DNA of 64,000 nt from Planctomycetota bacterium (lineage in GTDB: Bacteria > Planctomycetota > B15-G4 > JADJEK01), in assembly GCA_044225365.1 (NCBI GenBank), contig JBGAIQ010000003.1, forward strand, positions 192,880 to 256,879, written 5' to 3'. Shown piece after piece: positions 39,506-48,896 of this stretch. The stretch's first letter is position 1; each line of letters starts with the position of its first letter. A model generated the notes under the pieces. That model worked only from the letters and a program-made list of their open reading frames with translations, was not told the DNA's origin and did no database searches. The position numbers were made by a program, and so were the translations under genes.

Positions 39506-41779
39506 GTGATGCGTGGAAGGCTCGTGCCGATCAAGACCGTCGTCGGATTCGCCGCGGTGCTCGGCTTCGTCGGATTCGCGACGAGAGGGACGCACCTCTC
39601 GACCGCCGTCGCGCACGCCGTCGCAGATCCGGACGCACGCGAAGGAGGTGCGGCGAAAGATCGCGCGCCAGCGATCGAAACTCCCGACTCACCGACTCCC
39701 GTTCGGCGCGCGGTGGTGTCGAACGAACCGGGCACTACTCCGATCCCGAATTGCCTCGTCGTGATCGTGCGGAACGAGGACGGCTCCCTCGCGACTGGCG
39801 TCGGCGTGCGGATCGAGAATACGAAGGAGAGGACTCGATCGGCGACGCTGATCGCGGCGGGATACGACCCGCGCGCCGTGTTCTCGAAGCGCGATCTCGC
39901 CCTCGTCCTGCGCTCCACCGGCGAGGACGACCCGCTCGACATCGTCGTTCGGGATCGTGAGATCACTCGGAAGTCTTCGGACCTGAGCACCGCAGAGGCG
40001 CTCGGTCGCGTGATCGAGGTGGTCCTCGCACCGATCGGGACGATCGAGGTCGAGGTCTGCGCGAATGGCGAGCGACTGCGCGAGACGACTCGCGTTCGAC
40101 TCCATCGAGCCCGGCCGGTCGCAACGAGCACCGCGCGGATCGACGCGATGGCGAGCGACGAACTCTACACGTCCAACGGGCTCGCGATCTTTCGCGGGGT
40201 GGATTGCCGGGGCGAGGTGAGTGCGACGGCGGAGTTCGACGGGGTGGAGTTCGAAAGTCGAGTCCCCGAAGACGTCAGCGTGTCTTCGCTCGGGCCGCGG
40301 AAACTCCGCATCGACGTGGTTCCGAATCCGCATCTCTCGTTCTGCGCGGTCGACGCTGCCGGCAAGCCGTTCGGATTCGTGAACATCGATGCCCTGTTCC
40401 AAAGCGGTCGAGAGCGAGCGAAGCGGACGATCACGACCGATACGGCGGGTCACGCGCGCGTCTCGATCCCGCGATTCGAATCCGCGGCGACGGATTGCTG
40501 GCTCACGTTGGAGCGCGAGCAGGGCGGCCAGCGCTACCGCGGCAGATTCGCCATCGGGTCGTATCTCGATCGACGAGATCACGATCTTCGGAACCTCGTG
40601 CTCGATGTCCTGGAACCGATCGTTCAGGGAAGAGTCGTCGGTCCGCACGGAGAGCCGATCGCCAACGCCAGTGTCACCCTTACTCGCAGCTCGATCCCGA
40701 TCTCGGCCCTCCCGTCCCTCGCGGACTCGGAGGTCACGCGCACCGAGATGGACGGCTCTTTTCTGCTCTACGGGTTCCTCGGCGACGAGAAGATCGCGGA
40801 GGACTACGTCGTGCTCGCTCGTCATCCAGCCTATGTGGGCGGGGCGCCGGCGCATCTCCGCGGTGCGAATCGCGACCTCCGCATCGTTCTCGAAGCCGGC
40901 GGGGCGATCCGAGGGTCGCTCGCACTCGTGAAGGACCACCCGGTGAGAGTCTCGCTGCGTCTTTCGCGCGATCTTGCGAACGGTGATCCGAGCGGCCTCG
41001 ACGCCCTCCGAGTCGAGGAGATCGAGGATCCGGACGAGTTCGTCGTCAGCGCACTGCGGCCCGGCTCGTGGAGGCTCGAAGTCCTGCTCGGCGGGCTCGT
41101 CACCGACGCCGTCGTCGACGACCTCGTCGTCCTTCCGGGAGAGGTCACGAACGATCCACGGCTCGCTCGACTTCCGGTGCGACTCTCCGGCCGAGCGATC
41201 CAGATCGCCGTCGTCGACGCGGAAACGCGAGAGCGATTGACCTCCAAGGTCGTCGCTCTCGACGACGAAGCCGCGGTCGACATCCACGCCGAGTCGGTAT
41301 TCGACCTCGACGACTGTGACACGCACGACGTCTGGTTGAAGGACGAATCGGCAGGGCGCTTCCTGGTGACGGCCGACGATCATCGCTCGGCTGTGATCGA
41401 GCACGTGCGAGCATCCACGACGGTCGAACTCGCGCCCGAGCCCGGACTCGTCCTTCGCGTCCACGGCGCCGAGGCTCTCGCCTCAGCGACCAGTCGACGG
41501 ATCCGCGTCGGCGTCGTGGCTGCCTCCCCGAAGAGCGGAGCGGATTCACCCGATTCGAACGGACCACGGTCCGATACGAACGTCGAGTTCTCCGGGTTCG
41601 TCGATCACGGGTTCATCCAGCTCGAAGCGATCCCCGCGCCGGGGCGCTACCAAGTGCACTGGGTCCACGGGGGTCTCTCGCCCGCGTCCAACGACGAACT
41701 CGTGACCGATCTGACGATCCCCGAGCACGCCACCGCGATCACGTTGGACGTCGAAGCGCCGAAACCGGCCGCGAGGTAG
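39506..41779 (+). CDS. Membrane-anchored carboxypeptidase-regulatory-like domain protein (array member 2)
   Basis: N-terminal TM; HDLRNLVL..IVQGRVVGPHGEP; TNDPRL motif. Confidence 0.78.
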   Translation: MMRGRLVPIKTVVGFAAVLGFVGFATRGTHLSTAVAHAVADPDAREGGAAKDRAPAIETPDSPTPVRRAVVSNEPGTTPIPNCLVVIVRNEDGSLATGVGVRIENTKERTRSATLIAAGYDPRAVFSKRDLALVLRSTGEDDPLDIVVRDREITRKSSDLSTAEALGRVIEVVLAPIGTIEVEVCANGERLRETTRVRLHRARPVATSTARIDAMASDELYTSNGLAIFRGVDCRGEVSATAEFDGVEFESRVPEDVSVSSLGPRKLRIDVVPNPHLSFCAVDAAGKPFGFVNIDALFQSGRERAKRTITTDTAGHARVSIPRFESAATDCWLTLEREQGGQRYRGRFAIGSYLDRRDHDLRNLVLDVLEPIVQGRVVGPHGEPIANASVTLTRSSIPISALPSLADSEVTRTEMDGSFLLYGFLGDEKIAEDYVVLARHPAYVGGAPAHLRGANRDLRIVLEAGGAIRGSLALVKDHPVRVSLRLSRDLANGDPSGLDALRVEEIEDPDEFVVSALRPGSWRLEVLLGGLVTDAVVDDLVVLPGEVTNDPRLARLPVRLSGRAIQIAVVDAETRERLTSKVVALDDEAAVDIHAESVFDLDDCDTHDVWLKDESAGRFLVTADDHRSAVIEHVRASTTVELAPEPGLVLRVHGAEALASATSRRIRVGVVAASPKSGADSPDSNGPRSDTNVEFSGFVDHGFIQLEAIPAPGRYQVHWVHGGLSPASNDELVTDLTIPEHATAITLDVEAPKPAAR

Positions 41780-41849
41780 GTTTCCTCCATCCTCCGAGCG
41801 ACTACACTCCCCACGACGGCGAGTGCAAGATTGTGGCCACGGAGACGGA

Positions 41850-43094
41850 ATGGCGCCGCGAACTCGGCAGTCACGACCCGAGCGAACCTCCGGTGATTCC
41901 CGTCTCGGGAATCGGCGGGCGGGCGGCAAGCCCGCCGTGAAGTGGCTCATCGCGATCGGAATGGTCGCGCTCGCCTTCGGGCTGCTCTCCACGAGATTCC
42001 GCGAGCGCGAACCCGCGGTCGCGATGCATCCATCCATCGAATCAAGAGAGTCGGGGGAGTCGGGCGATCCGATCCTTCCTGCCAGTGAAACGGCGGATAC
42101 GAAGGACGCTCCGCTCGACCCCGAGGCACAAGAAGTCGTGCTCGACCCGCCCACCCTCGGCGACATCATCGACCTGCACAAGTGCATCGTCGATGTCGAG
42201 CTTTGGAGTCGCGGGAATCGCTACACCGAAAGCGTCGCGGTCGAGATCTGGGGATCCGAGGACGATGGGGCGCGCAAGGACTCTCCGAACAGCGAGTCGC
42301 GCCTTCTCGGACGCCAACACACGACACACGGCGTCGCGAACTTCATCAATATCGAGCCCGGGCTCCTCCTCACGGGCCGAGCCGAAATCGACCACGTCGT
42401 CTATCGCAGCGACGACGCGCATCCGACGGCGACGCGCGAGCAGTCGCGAGTCGTCGTGCGGATCGAGATCCCGTCCATCCCACGCTTCCGCGTCCGACTC
42501 CTTGCCGAGAACGGGCGCGCACTCCCCCATCGCGACTTGCGGGTTCGGCGATTCCGACGAACGGGAGACGGCGGCGTCGAGCGGTTGCTCGAGGATCGAG
42601 CCGCGACCGACGCGCTCGGAACCGTCGAAGTCGGATTCCCCGTGCGAGAGGTCCTCGCGGGCTCATACGGCATCCGATTCGAATCGGGCATGGGAAAGGA
42701 GAGAATCCGCGCGAGCGTCGACGTGACCGCATCCATGACCCTCGGGACGCACGACCTCGCCGACCTCGTGATGCGACCGCCGCAGGCCATCGCCACGGGA
42801 CGGGTGGTGGATGCGCAAGGCGAGCCCATCGATCAGGCCACCGTGACCCTCTCGCGCGCTTTGTTCGAGTCGGCGGATCGGAGTGGGAACGGAAAGGCGC
42901 GTGTTGCGCCGCCCCTGATCGAGACCACGGTGATCACCGACGACGCGGGGCACTTCGAGATCTACGGTTTTCAGGATGACGGGGAGTTCGAACTCACGGC
43001 TTCGCACCCGACCCACTCGACGAGTGCGGGTGTGAAGTGCCAAGAGACCGCGTTCGACGTTGTGATCGAACTCCCACGGGGGACGAATCGATGA
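41850..43094 (+). CDS. Membrane-anchored carboxypeptidase-regulatory-like domain protein (array member 3)
   Basis: TM WLIAIGMVALAFGLL; HDLADLVMRPP..ATGRVVDAQGEP; TDDAGHFEIYG. Confidence 0.78.
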   Translation: MAPRTRQSRPERTSGDSRLGNRRAGGKPAVKWLIAIGMVALAFGLLSTRFREREPAVAMHPSIESRESGESGDPILPASETADTKDAPLDPEAQEVVLDPPTLGDIIDLHKCIVDVELWSRGNRYTESVAVEIWGSEDDGARKDSPNSESRLLGRQHTTHGVANFINIEPGLLLTGRAEIDHVVYRSDDAHPTATREQSRVVVRIEIPSIPRFRVRLLAENGRALPHRDLRVRRFRRTGDGGVERLLEDRAATDALGTVEVGFPVREVLAGSYGIRFESGMGKERIRASVDVTASMTLGTHDLADLVMRPPQAIATGRVVDAQGEPIDQATVTLSRALFESADRSGNGKARVAPPLIETTVITDDAGHFEIYGFQDDGEFELTASHPTHSTSAGVKCQETAFDVVIELPRGTNR

Positions 43095-44827
43095 CGCAGC
43101 GTTCGCGATTCGGCGACCCGCGTTCGCTCGTGCTGGGAGTGGCCGGCCTTTGCGTCGTCGCTGCGTTCTTCCTGCTCTCGCGAACGGGAAGCGAAGTCGG
43201 CTCGATCGAGCGAGCGTCGCAGGATTCGCGATCGGCCGAGGAATCGCGCGGAGAGGGTTCGCCGGATCTCGCCGTCGAACCAATGACGAAGACCGACGAT
43301 TCGACGGCCCGCGAGCTCGTCGCGGCCGCCCCGGCGAAGGATCGCGCGAACCCGTTCGCGCAACCGCCGCGGGAGGTCCGCCCCGCCTTCGACGTCGAGG
43401 TCCGCGACGCGAACGGCGCGGAGGTCGACGCGATCCTGACGCGCGTCGTCGCGATGAACGCGGAGGAATCGCTGGCGATGCGCCTGCTCACGAACGAGCA
43501 CGGAGTCGCTCGCTACGATCTCGAGGCCGCAAGGGTGCTGTTCCACGATCGACCCCAGGATCAGCGCTACGCCGTCACGGCCGACGTCGAGTACACCGAG
43601 TTCGCTCGCACCGAGCGCACGCTCGCCGAGATGATGGCCGAGCCGACGAAGCTCGTCCTCCCGCCGCTGTGCTGCGTGAAAGTCACGCTCGTGCGAGGCG
43701 CGCTTCCGTTCACCGAGAAGGCCAAGGTCCGGCTCCTCCGTTACGACGAACAGGTTTCGGGAACGAACTCCGGCGAACGCAATCCTCGAACGGCGCGGAT
43801 CTGCGAAAGCGCCACGACCGACGGTGTCGCGACGTTCCCACGAGTGAAGGCCGGCGATCGCGTCGGTGTCGACGTCGAGTACGAAGGCGGGAACTTCACG
43901 ACTCCGCTCTCCGATTTCGTCATGACGCCAAGCGGTACGACGCTCGAAATGAAGATCGATCTCACCTCCGCGGCGTCCTTCATGCTGCGTGCGATCGCTC
44001 AAAGGACGGGGACGGGGCAACCCATCGTGAGCGGCCATCTCTCGATGCAGTGGATCGTGGGTGGTGACCCGAAGGAGAGCAACCTGCTCGACGTCGTGCG
44101 CTGCGTGGATGCAGCGGGTCGTATCCGCTTCACTTGGCCCGCGGCCATCCCGCTCCAGCGACCCGTGTTCCTTCGCATCGAGGCCTACGATTTCACCGCT
44201 TCGGAGGCTTCGGATTTCGACATCGGCGGCGCGCTCATCGACCTCTCACCGTTCGCCGCACCGGGCGAGCACGAGCTTCCGGATGTTCGTCTCGTGGCGC
44301 CTCACATCGCCGTGAAGGGAGTCGTGCTCGACTCGAAGGGGTCGCCCGTCGACTCCGCGGCGATCGTGGCGATCGACAAGAACGGCTTCCAGCGCATCGA
44401 GGACGTGTGCGAGGAAAGCGGTGTCTTCCAACTCGTGACGAGCTCGATCTCCCCGACGTTCACCATCGTCGCACGCTCGCCCGGGCTCGGCCATTCGAAG
44501 GCGATCGTGGCGTCGCGGGGCGACGACCTCACGTTGCGACTCCAGGGAGTCGGTCGCTGCGAAGGCACGATCCGCGGTGCGAGGAAGGGCGCGAGCGTGG
44601 TTCTCTCCTTCACCGATTCCGCGGGGCCCCTGCCCGCCGTAGATCTCGGCAGCCGGTTCGTGACCCCCATCGACGGCGAACGTTTCTCGTTCGACGACGT
44701 CGACGCCGGAGTGCTCGATCTCACTTTCGTCGTGAACGGGCAGAGCGTGATCACTCTCGACCACGTGAGGATCCCCGACGGTGGGATCACCGACGATCCG
44801 CGGCTGAAGACGTTGGAGATCCGATGA
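43091..44827 (+). CDS. Membrane-anchored carboxypeptidase-regulatory-like domain protein (array member 4)
   Basis: ATGA overlap with member 3; TM; HELPDVRL..VKGVVLDSKGSP; TDDPRL. Confidence 0.78.
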   Translation: MTQRSRFGDPRSLVLGVAGLCVVAAFFLLSRTGSEVGSIERASQDSRSAEESRGEGSPDLAVEPMTKTDDSTARELVAAAPAKDRANPFAQPPREVRPAFDVEVRDANGAEVDAILTRVVAMNAEESLAMRLLTNEHGVARYDLEAARVLFHDRPQDQRYAVTADVEYTEFARTERTLAEMMAEPTKLVLPPLCCVKVTLVRGALPFTEKAKVRLLRYDEQVSGTNSGERNPRTARICESATTDGVATFPRVKAGDRVGVDVEYEGGNFTTPLSDFVMTPSGTTLEMKIDLTSAASFMLRAIAQRTGTGQPIVSGHLSMQWIVGGDPKESNLLDVVRCVDAAGRIRFTWPAAIPLQRPVFLRIEAYDFTASEASDFDIGGALIDLSPFAAPGEHELPDVRLVAPHIAVKGVVLDSKGSPVDSAAIVAIDKNGFQRIEDVCEESGVFQLVTSSISPTFTIVARSPGLGHSKAIVASRGDDLTLRLQGVGRCEGTIRGARKGASVVLSFTDSAGPLPAVDLGSRFVTPIDGERFSFDDVDAGVLDLTFVVNGQSVITLDHVRIPDGGITDDPRLKTLEIR

Positions 44828-46296
44828 CGACGCCTCGCTCGATCTCGTCGTCGAGTCACTTCCTGAAGAGCTTCGTTGTCTGCGCGGCCGTCGTGCTCGT
44901 CGCGATCGCCTGGTTCGTCTTCCGCGCGTCCTCGCCCGAGGCGATTCCCATCGTCGACCGACAGTTGGCGAGGGACTCCGCGAACACCTCGACGCCGCCG
45001 GCCCAGAAAGCCGACGCGACTCCCGCATCGCGCGAGGAAACCGAGCTTCCACCCACGCGGGAGTCGGTCGCTTCCGAACGGGACGACGTCGTCTTCACGG
45101 CGCACGTCGTGGATCCCTTGGGGAATCCCGTTCGCGGCCTGATGGTCACCGCCAAGCTCGAAGGGAGCGGGCTCGACCGCCACGTCGACACCGATGCGCA
45201 AGGGAATGCGATCTTCACGCGTCAACTCATCGGCTCGATGCTCGCTGGTGCATCGTCGACTTCGAGATTCGTCGTCTACGCCACCGCTCGAACGACCATT
45301 CCGGATCGTACCGTCCTCGGCACGAACGAATTCGTCTCCGGTCGATGCGAGTTCACGACCGATCCCCGGTGTCGCGTCGAGATCGAACTCCTGGCGAATG
45401 GGAAGAGAATCACCGACGATGTCTTCGTCTCGCTCGAACGCGTGCCATCGGATCCGCTCGATCCCGTGATGCAGCGACGATCGCTCGCCGTGAAGACGAC
45501 GATCGACGGGTTCGTGGTCTTCGAAGGGCTCGACGCCGGAATCGATGTCGAGGTTCAAGCGCGCTACTCCGATGTGCACAGCGAGCCCGTCGTGCTTCGT
45601 CCAGGGCGAACCGACCGTGCGATCCCGATTCGCTGCATTCTGGCGCTCGCCGCGATTCCGCACCTGCGGATGCGTCTGATCGGCGCCGATGGCAAGCCCT
45701 GCCGCAACCAGGATCTCGCGGTCGATTGGTTCGCCATTTCCCCCACCAACCGGAGTCTTCGCAAGGACGCGTTCGACCGATCGCTCCGATCGTTCGAAAC
45801 GGACGATCAGGGCGCAATCGTCCTCCCCATTCCGCACCCGCTGGAGCCGGGGAATCTCCAATGCGGACTGGCGCTGCTGGGCGGCGGCGGCGGTCGCGGC
45901 GCCCATCGTTTCGGCCTGACGATCGACGCCAGCACATACGTGAACGCCGGATCCGACGTGGACTACGACCTCGGAACCCAGCGAGTGCAAGGCGCGGTGA
46001 GGATCGCTTCGGGATCGATCGTGCAGCAGACGGTCGTGCCGGGAAACACGATGGTCCGCCTCGAGTACGACGCGCTCGCCCCCAGCTACGATCCCATGCA
46101 TCCCTCGTCCCTCTTCGCGCGCCCGGAGGCGGATGGTTCCTTCGAGATCTACGGGTTCGAGGATCCCCGCAGCTTCCACGTCTACGCCCTGGCGGGCGGA
46201 ATCGAAGTGACGAGGAAGGTGACCGGGGCCGGGAGTGTCACGAACCTCGAACTCCCGCCGACGGTATCGCGATTTCAACCCCAACGGATCCGCTGA
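44824..46296 (+). CDS. Membrane-anchored carboxypeptidase-regulatory-like domain protein (array member 5)
   Basis: ATGA overlap with member 4; start MTTPRS inside the longer ORF; TM; AHVVDPLGNP; DGSFEIYG. Confidence 0.75.
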   Translation: MTTPRSISSSSHFLKSFVVCAAVVLVAIAWFVFRASSPEAIPIVDRQLARDSANTSTPPAQKADATPASREETELPPTRESVASERDDVVFTAHVVDPLGNPVRGLMVTAKLEGSGLDRHVDTDAQGNAIFTRQLIGSMLAGASSTSRFVVYATARTTIPDRTVLGTNEFVSGRCEFTTDPRCRVEIELLANGKRITDDVFVSLERVPSDPLDPVMQRRSLAVKTTIDGFVVFEGLDAGIDVEVQARYSDVHSEPVVLRPGRTDRAIPIRCILALAAIPHLRMRLIGADGKPCRNQDLAVDWFAISPTNRSLRKDAFDRSLRSFETDDQGAIVLPIPHPLEPGNLQCGLALLGGGGGRGAHRFGLTIDASTYVNAGSDVDYDLGTQRVQGAVRIASGSIVQQTVVPGNTMVRLEYDALAPSYDPMHPSSLFARPEADGSFEIYGFEDPRSFHVYALAGGIEVTRKVTGAGSVTNLELPPTVSRFQPQRIR

Positions 46297-46356
46297 CCTT
46301 CCCGGCAGGACCTGCGAGGCTCTCGGCGCCCGTTTCGTAGGATTCGCGATTCCAGC

Positions 46357-46383
46357 GCAACCCTGCCACCGCCGCTGCCGTAC
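46357..46383 (+). promoter_or_regulatory. Putative ECF promoter GCAAC-N17-CGTAC
   Basis: GCAAC 46357-46361, CGTA 46379-46382, followed by GGAGG RBS and TTG start at 46407. Confidence 0.45.
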
Positions 46384-46406
46384 GAGTCGACGGTCCTTCC
46401 GGAGGA

Positions 46407-48755
46407 TTGGATTTGGTCCCACAGCGTCGCCGTCCGCTCGTTCCGATCGTTGCCGGCCTCGCGATGATCGGTGGTCTCGCATTCCTTGCATCGCGCCTCT
46501 TCAAGAGCGAGGACGACGCGACTGCGACGCGCGAATTCGCGAGTGGAGGCTCCGACGGACAGCCGAAGGATCCGCTCGCCCCGCATCTCTCGCAGACGGG
46601 CGAGGCCGCCACCGCTCCGACACGCGACGAGATCGCTCCGCCCGCGAATGCGCCGGACTCGCAGCCCGAATCGAATGCGACCGATCGCGGTCGAATCGCA
46701 CGCGCGCACGTCGTGCAGTCCACCGGCTCGCACGCGTCCAGCGTCCCGCTGCGGCTCACGTGCGACTTCGGAGCCGAGCACGCCGGCAACTCGCTCGTCG
46801 TCGAGACGGATGGCGACGGCATCGCCGAGTTCGTCGAAGCGCAGTTCGGGCAGGCCTTCGGCGCGATCGCGTCCAGTGCGACGTTCACGCTGCGGGTCGA
46901 TCTCGACCTCGACGACGTACTCGCCAAGACTCTCACGCTCGAATCGCTCTTCGGTTCGACGACCGAATTCCAATTGCCGCCGCTCGGCAAGATCGACGTC
47001 ACGCTGACGAAGGGCGGTCGGAGCTTGGTCGATCCCGCGGAGGTCACCCTCACGCGCGGCAACGTGTTCTTCGGCGGACGTGACTCCGTGCAGCCTCTCC
47101 GGAGAACGGCGGTCTCCGGCGTCGCCCATTTCGATTCGATCGCGCTCGGACGACGCTTCTACGTCGTGGTCGAAAGCGGGGGCCAAACGGTCACGTCGAC
47201 GACGCCGCATCCCGGACCTACGATCGAAGGCGAGACGGCCCAGCTCCGCGTCGATCTCGACGACGTCCCGTACTACCGCTTTCGACTGCTCGGAATCGAC
47301 GGCAATCCGATCGCGAAGCGAGCGGTGGAAGTCCATCGCCGGATGACCTCGCCGATCGGTCCCAACATGATCGGACCTTCCGTGATGCTGGGCGACACGG
47401 TGACGACCGATGGCGAAGGCCGCGGCGAAGTGCGCTGGCCCGAGCCGTGGGAGGCGGGCGCCAAGCGGATCCTGTCGGTCCATCTCGTGAGCGGCGACGA
47501 TACGAGCGAGACGGGTTCCGTCGCGGTCGATGTCTCGAAGGAGCCGAGCAAGGGCGCCAACGATCTCGGCGACCTGCGCGTCGAACCGCCCCCACTCCTC
47601 GCCGCCGGGATCGTGGTCGATCCTTCGGGGCAACCCGTCGCGGGTGCTCACGTCGTGGCAAAGGGCAAGGGAACGGCGCGAGCGGACGAAGATTCGACCG
47701 CGGAGTTCGACGCGCTGCCCGGATACATCGGTTCCACGGCGACGACCGATGCGCAGGGGCGATTCGAGATGCGCGGTGAAGCGCAGGGCGCGTACGTCCT
47801 CGCGGCGGGCAAGGACTCGTACTCGGACAGCGATCCGGTGACGATCGAGGCCGGGCGAACGAACGTCACTCTCGCGCTGCGGGCGGGCGGCAATGTCGTT
47901 GCGAAGGTCCAGCTACCTGGTTTCCTCGATCCGCGGCAGGTGAAGGGTCGGCTGTTCACGGTCCGCGAGCGAGCGAAGAACGTTCGCGAGGTCGGACCGA
48001 AACGGATCCGTACCTGCGGGAGCGACGGGTCGATCGAGTTCCAGGACGTTGCGCCCGGCGCCTACTCGTTCGAGCTGGAGGCCGGACCACTCGATCCTGC
48101 GCTCGTGGTCGACGGAATCGTCGTCATCGCGAAGGAGACGACGAAGGACCCGCGCCTCGCATCGATCTCCCTCGCTGCGAAATTGAAGGAGATCGACGTG
48201 ACGGTCGTCGATGGCGCGGGAAGGCCGATCCCCCAGGCGGAGGCCCGGACCCTCACGCCGCGCGGCAGCATGGCCGGCAAGATCGTGAAGGATGGTGTGT
48301 GCCGAGTGGTGATCGACGCCCGGGGGCAGACGGTCGTCGCCTCGGCCGATGGCTTCCGCCCGGCGGTTCGCGACGATGTACGGAGCGATGTGCGTCTCTC
48401 ACTCTCCGGCGCCTTGACCGTAACGATCCGCGCCACGGGGAGCGAGCCGCTCGCGCGCAGCCCGGTCTCGCTCCAGCTCTCGATCGAACCGACGGAAGAG
48501 ACCAAATCGTCGCTGCCCCGAGCGGCGCTCGTCGACATCGGGATCCAGTCGTTCCAGAGCGATCGCATGGCGTCGTTCCGCGTTCCTTTTCCCGGCAAGT
48601 ACGTAGTGCAGTGGTTGTGGACGAAGTCGAGCGCGAACTACGGCATGGCGACCACGATCGGCGACCCCAAGATCATCGAGCTGCGCGATGTCCCCGACGT
48701 GCAGACCTTCGAGATCGACGTGCCGAAGAACGCGCTCGATTCCCCTGGCGGTTGA
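46407..48755 (+). CDS. Membrane-anchored carboxypeptidase-regulatory-like domain protein (array member 6)
   Basis: GGAGG RBS; TM; NDLGDLRVEPP..AAGIVVDPSGQP; TDAQGRF; TKDPRL. Confidence 0.8.
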   Translation: MDLVPQRRRPLVPIVAGLAMIGGLAFLASRLFKSEDDATATREFASGGSDGQPKDPLAPHLSQTGEAATAPTRDEIAPPANAPDSQPESNATDRGRIARAHVVQSTGSHASSVPLRLTCDFGAEHAGNSLVVETDGDGIAEFVEAQFGQAFGAIASSATFTLRVDLDLDDVLAKTLTLESLFGSTTEFQLPPLGKIDVTLTKGGRSLVDPAEVTLTRGNVFFGGRDSVQPLRRTAVSGVAHFDSIALGRRFYVVVESGGQTVTSTTPHPGPTIEGETAQLRVDLDDVPYYRFRLLGIDGNPIAKRAVEVHRRMTSPIGPNMIGPSVMLGDTVTTDGEGRGEVRWPEPWEAGAKRILSVHLVSGDDTSETGSVAVDVSKEPSKGANDLGDLRVEPPPLLAAGIVVDPSGQPVAGAHVVAKGKGTARADEDSTAEFDALPGYIGSTATTDAQGRFEMRGEAQGAYVLAAGKDSYSDSDPVTIEAGRTNVTLALRAGGNVVAKVQLPGFLDPRQVKGRLFTVRERAKNVREVGPKRIRTCGSDGSIEFQDVAPGAYSFELEAGPLDPALVVDGIVVIAKETTKDPRLASISLAAKLKEIDVTVVDGAGRPIPQAEARTLTPRGSMAGKIVKDGVCRVVIDARGQTVVASADGFRPAVRDDVRSDVRLSLSGALTVTIRATGSEPLARSPVSLQLSIEPTEETKSSLPRAALVDIGIQSFQSDRMASFRVPFPGKYVVQWLWTKSSANYGMATTIGDPKIIELRDVPDVQTFEIDVPKNALDSPGG

Positions 48756-48896
48756 TCCCGGAAGCGGGCCGGCCGCGATCGCCGATTCATCGATCCATTC
48801 GGGGAACCTTCATTAGAATGAACGCTTCGGCCGCGCGTAGGGTGCGCGAACACGCGTCCTGCTCGGTCGCCGAGTTGTTTTCAGGGTGTGATCGAC

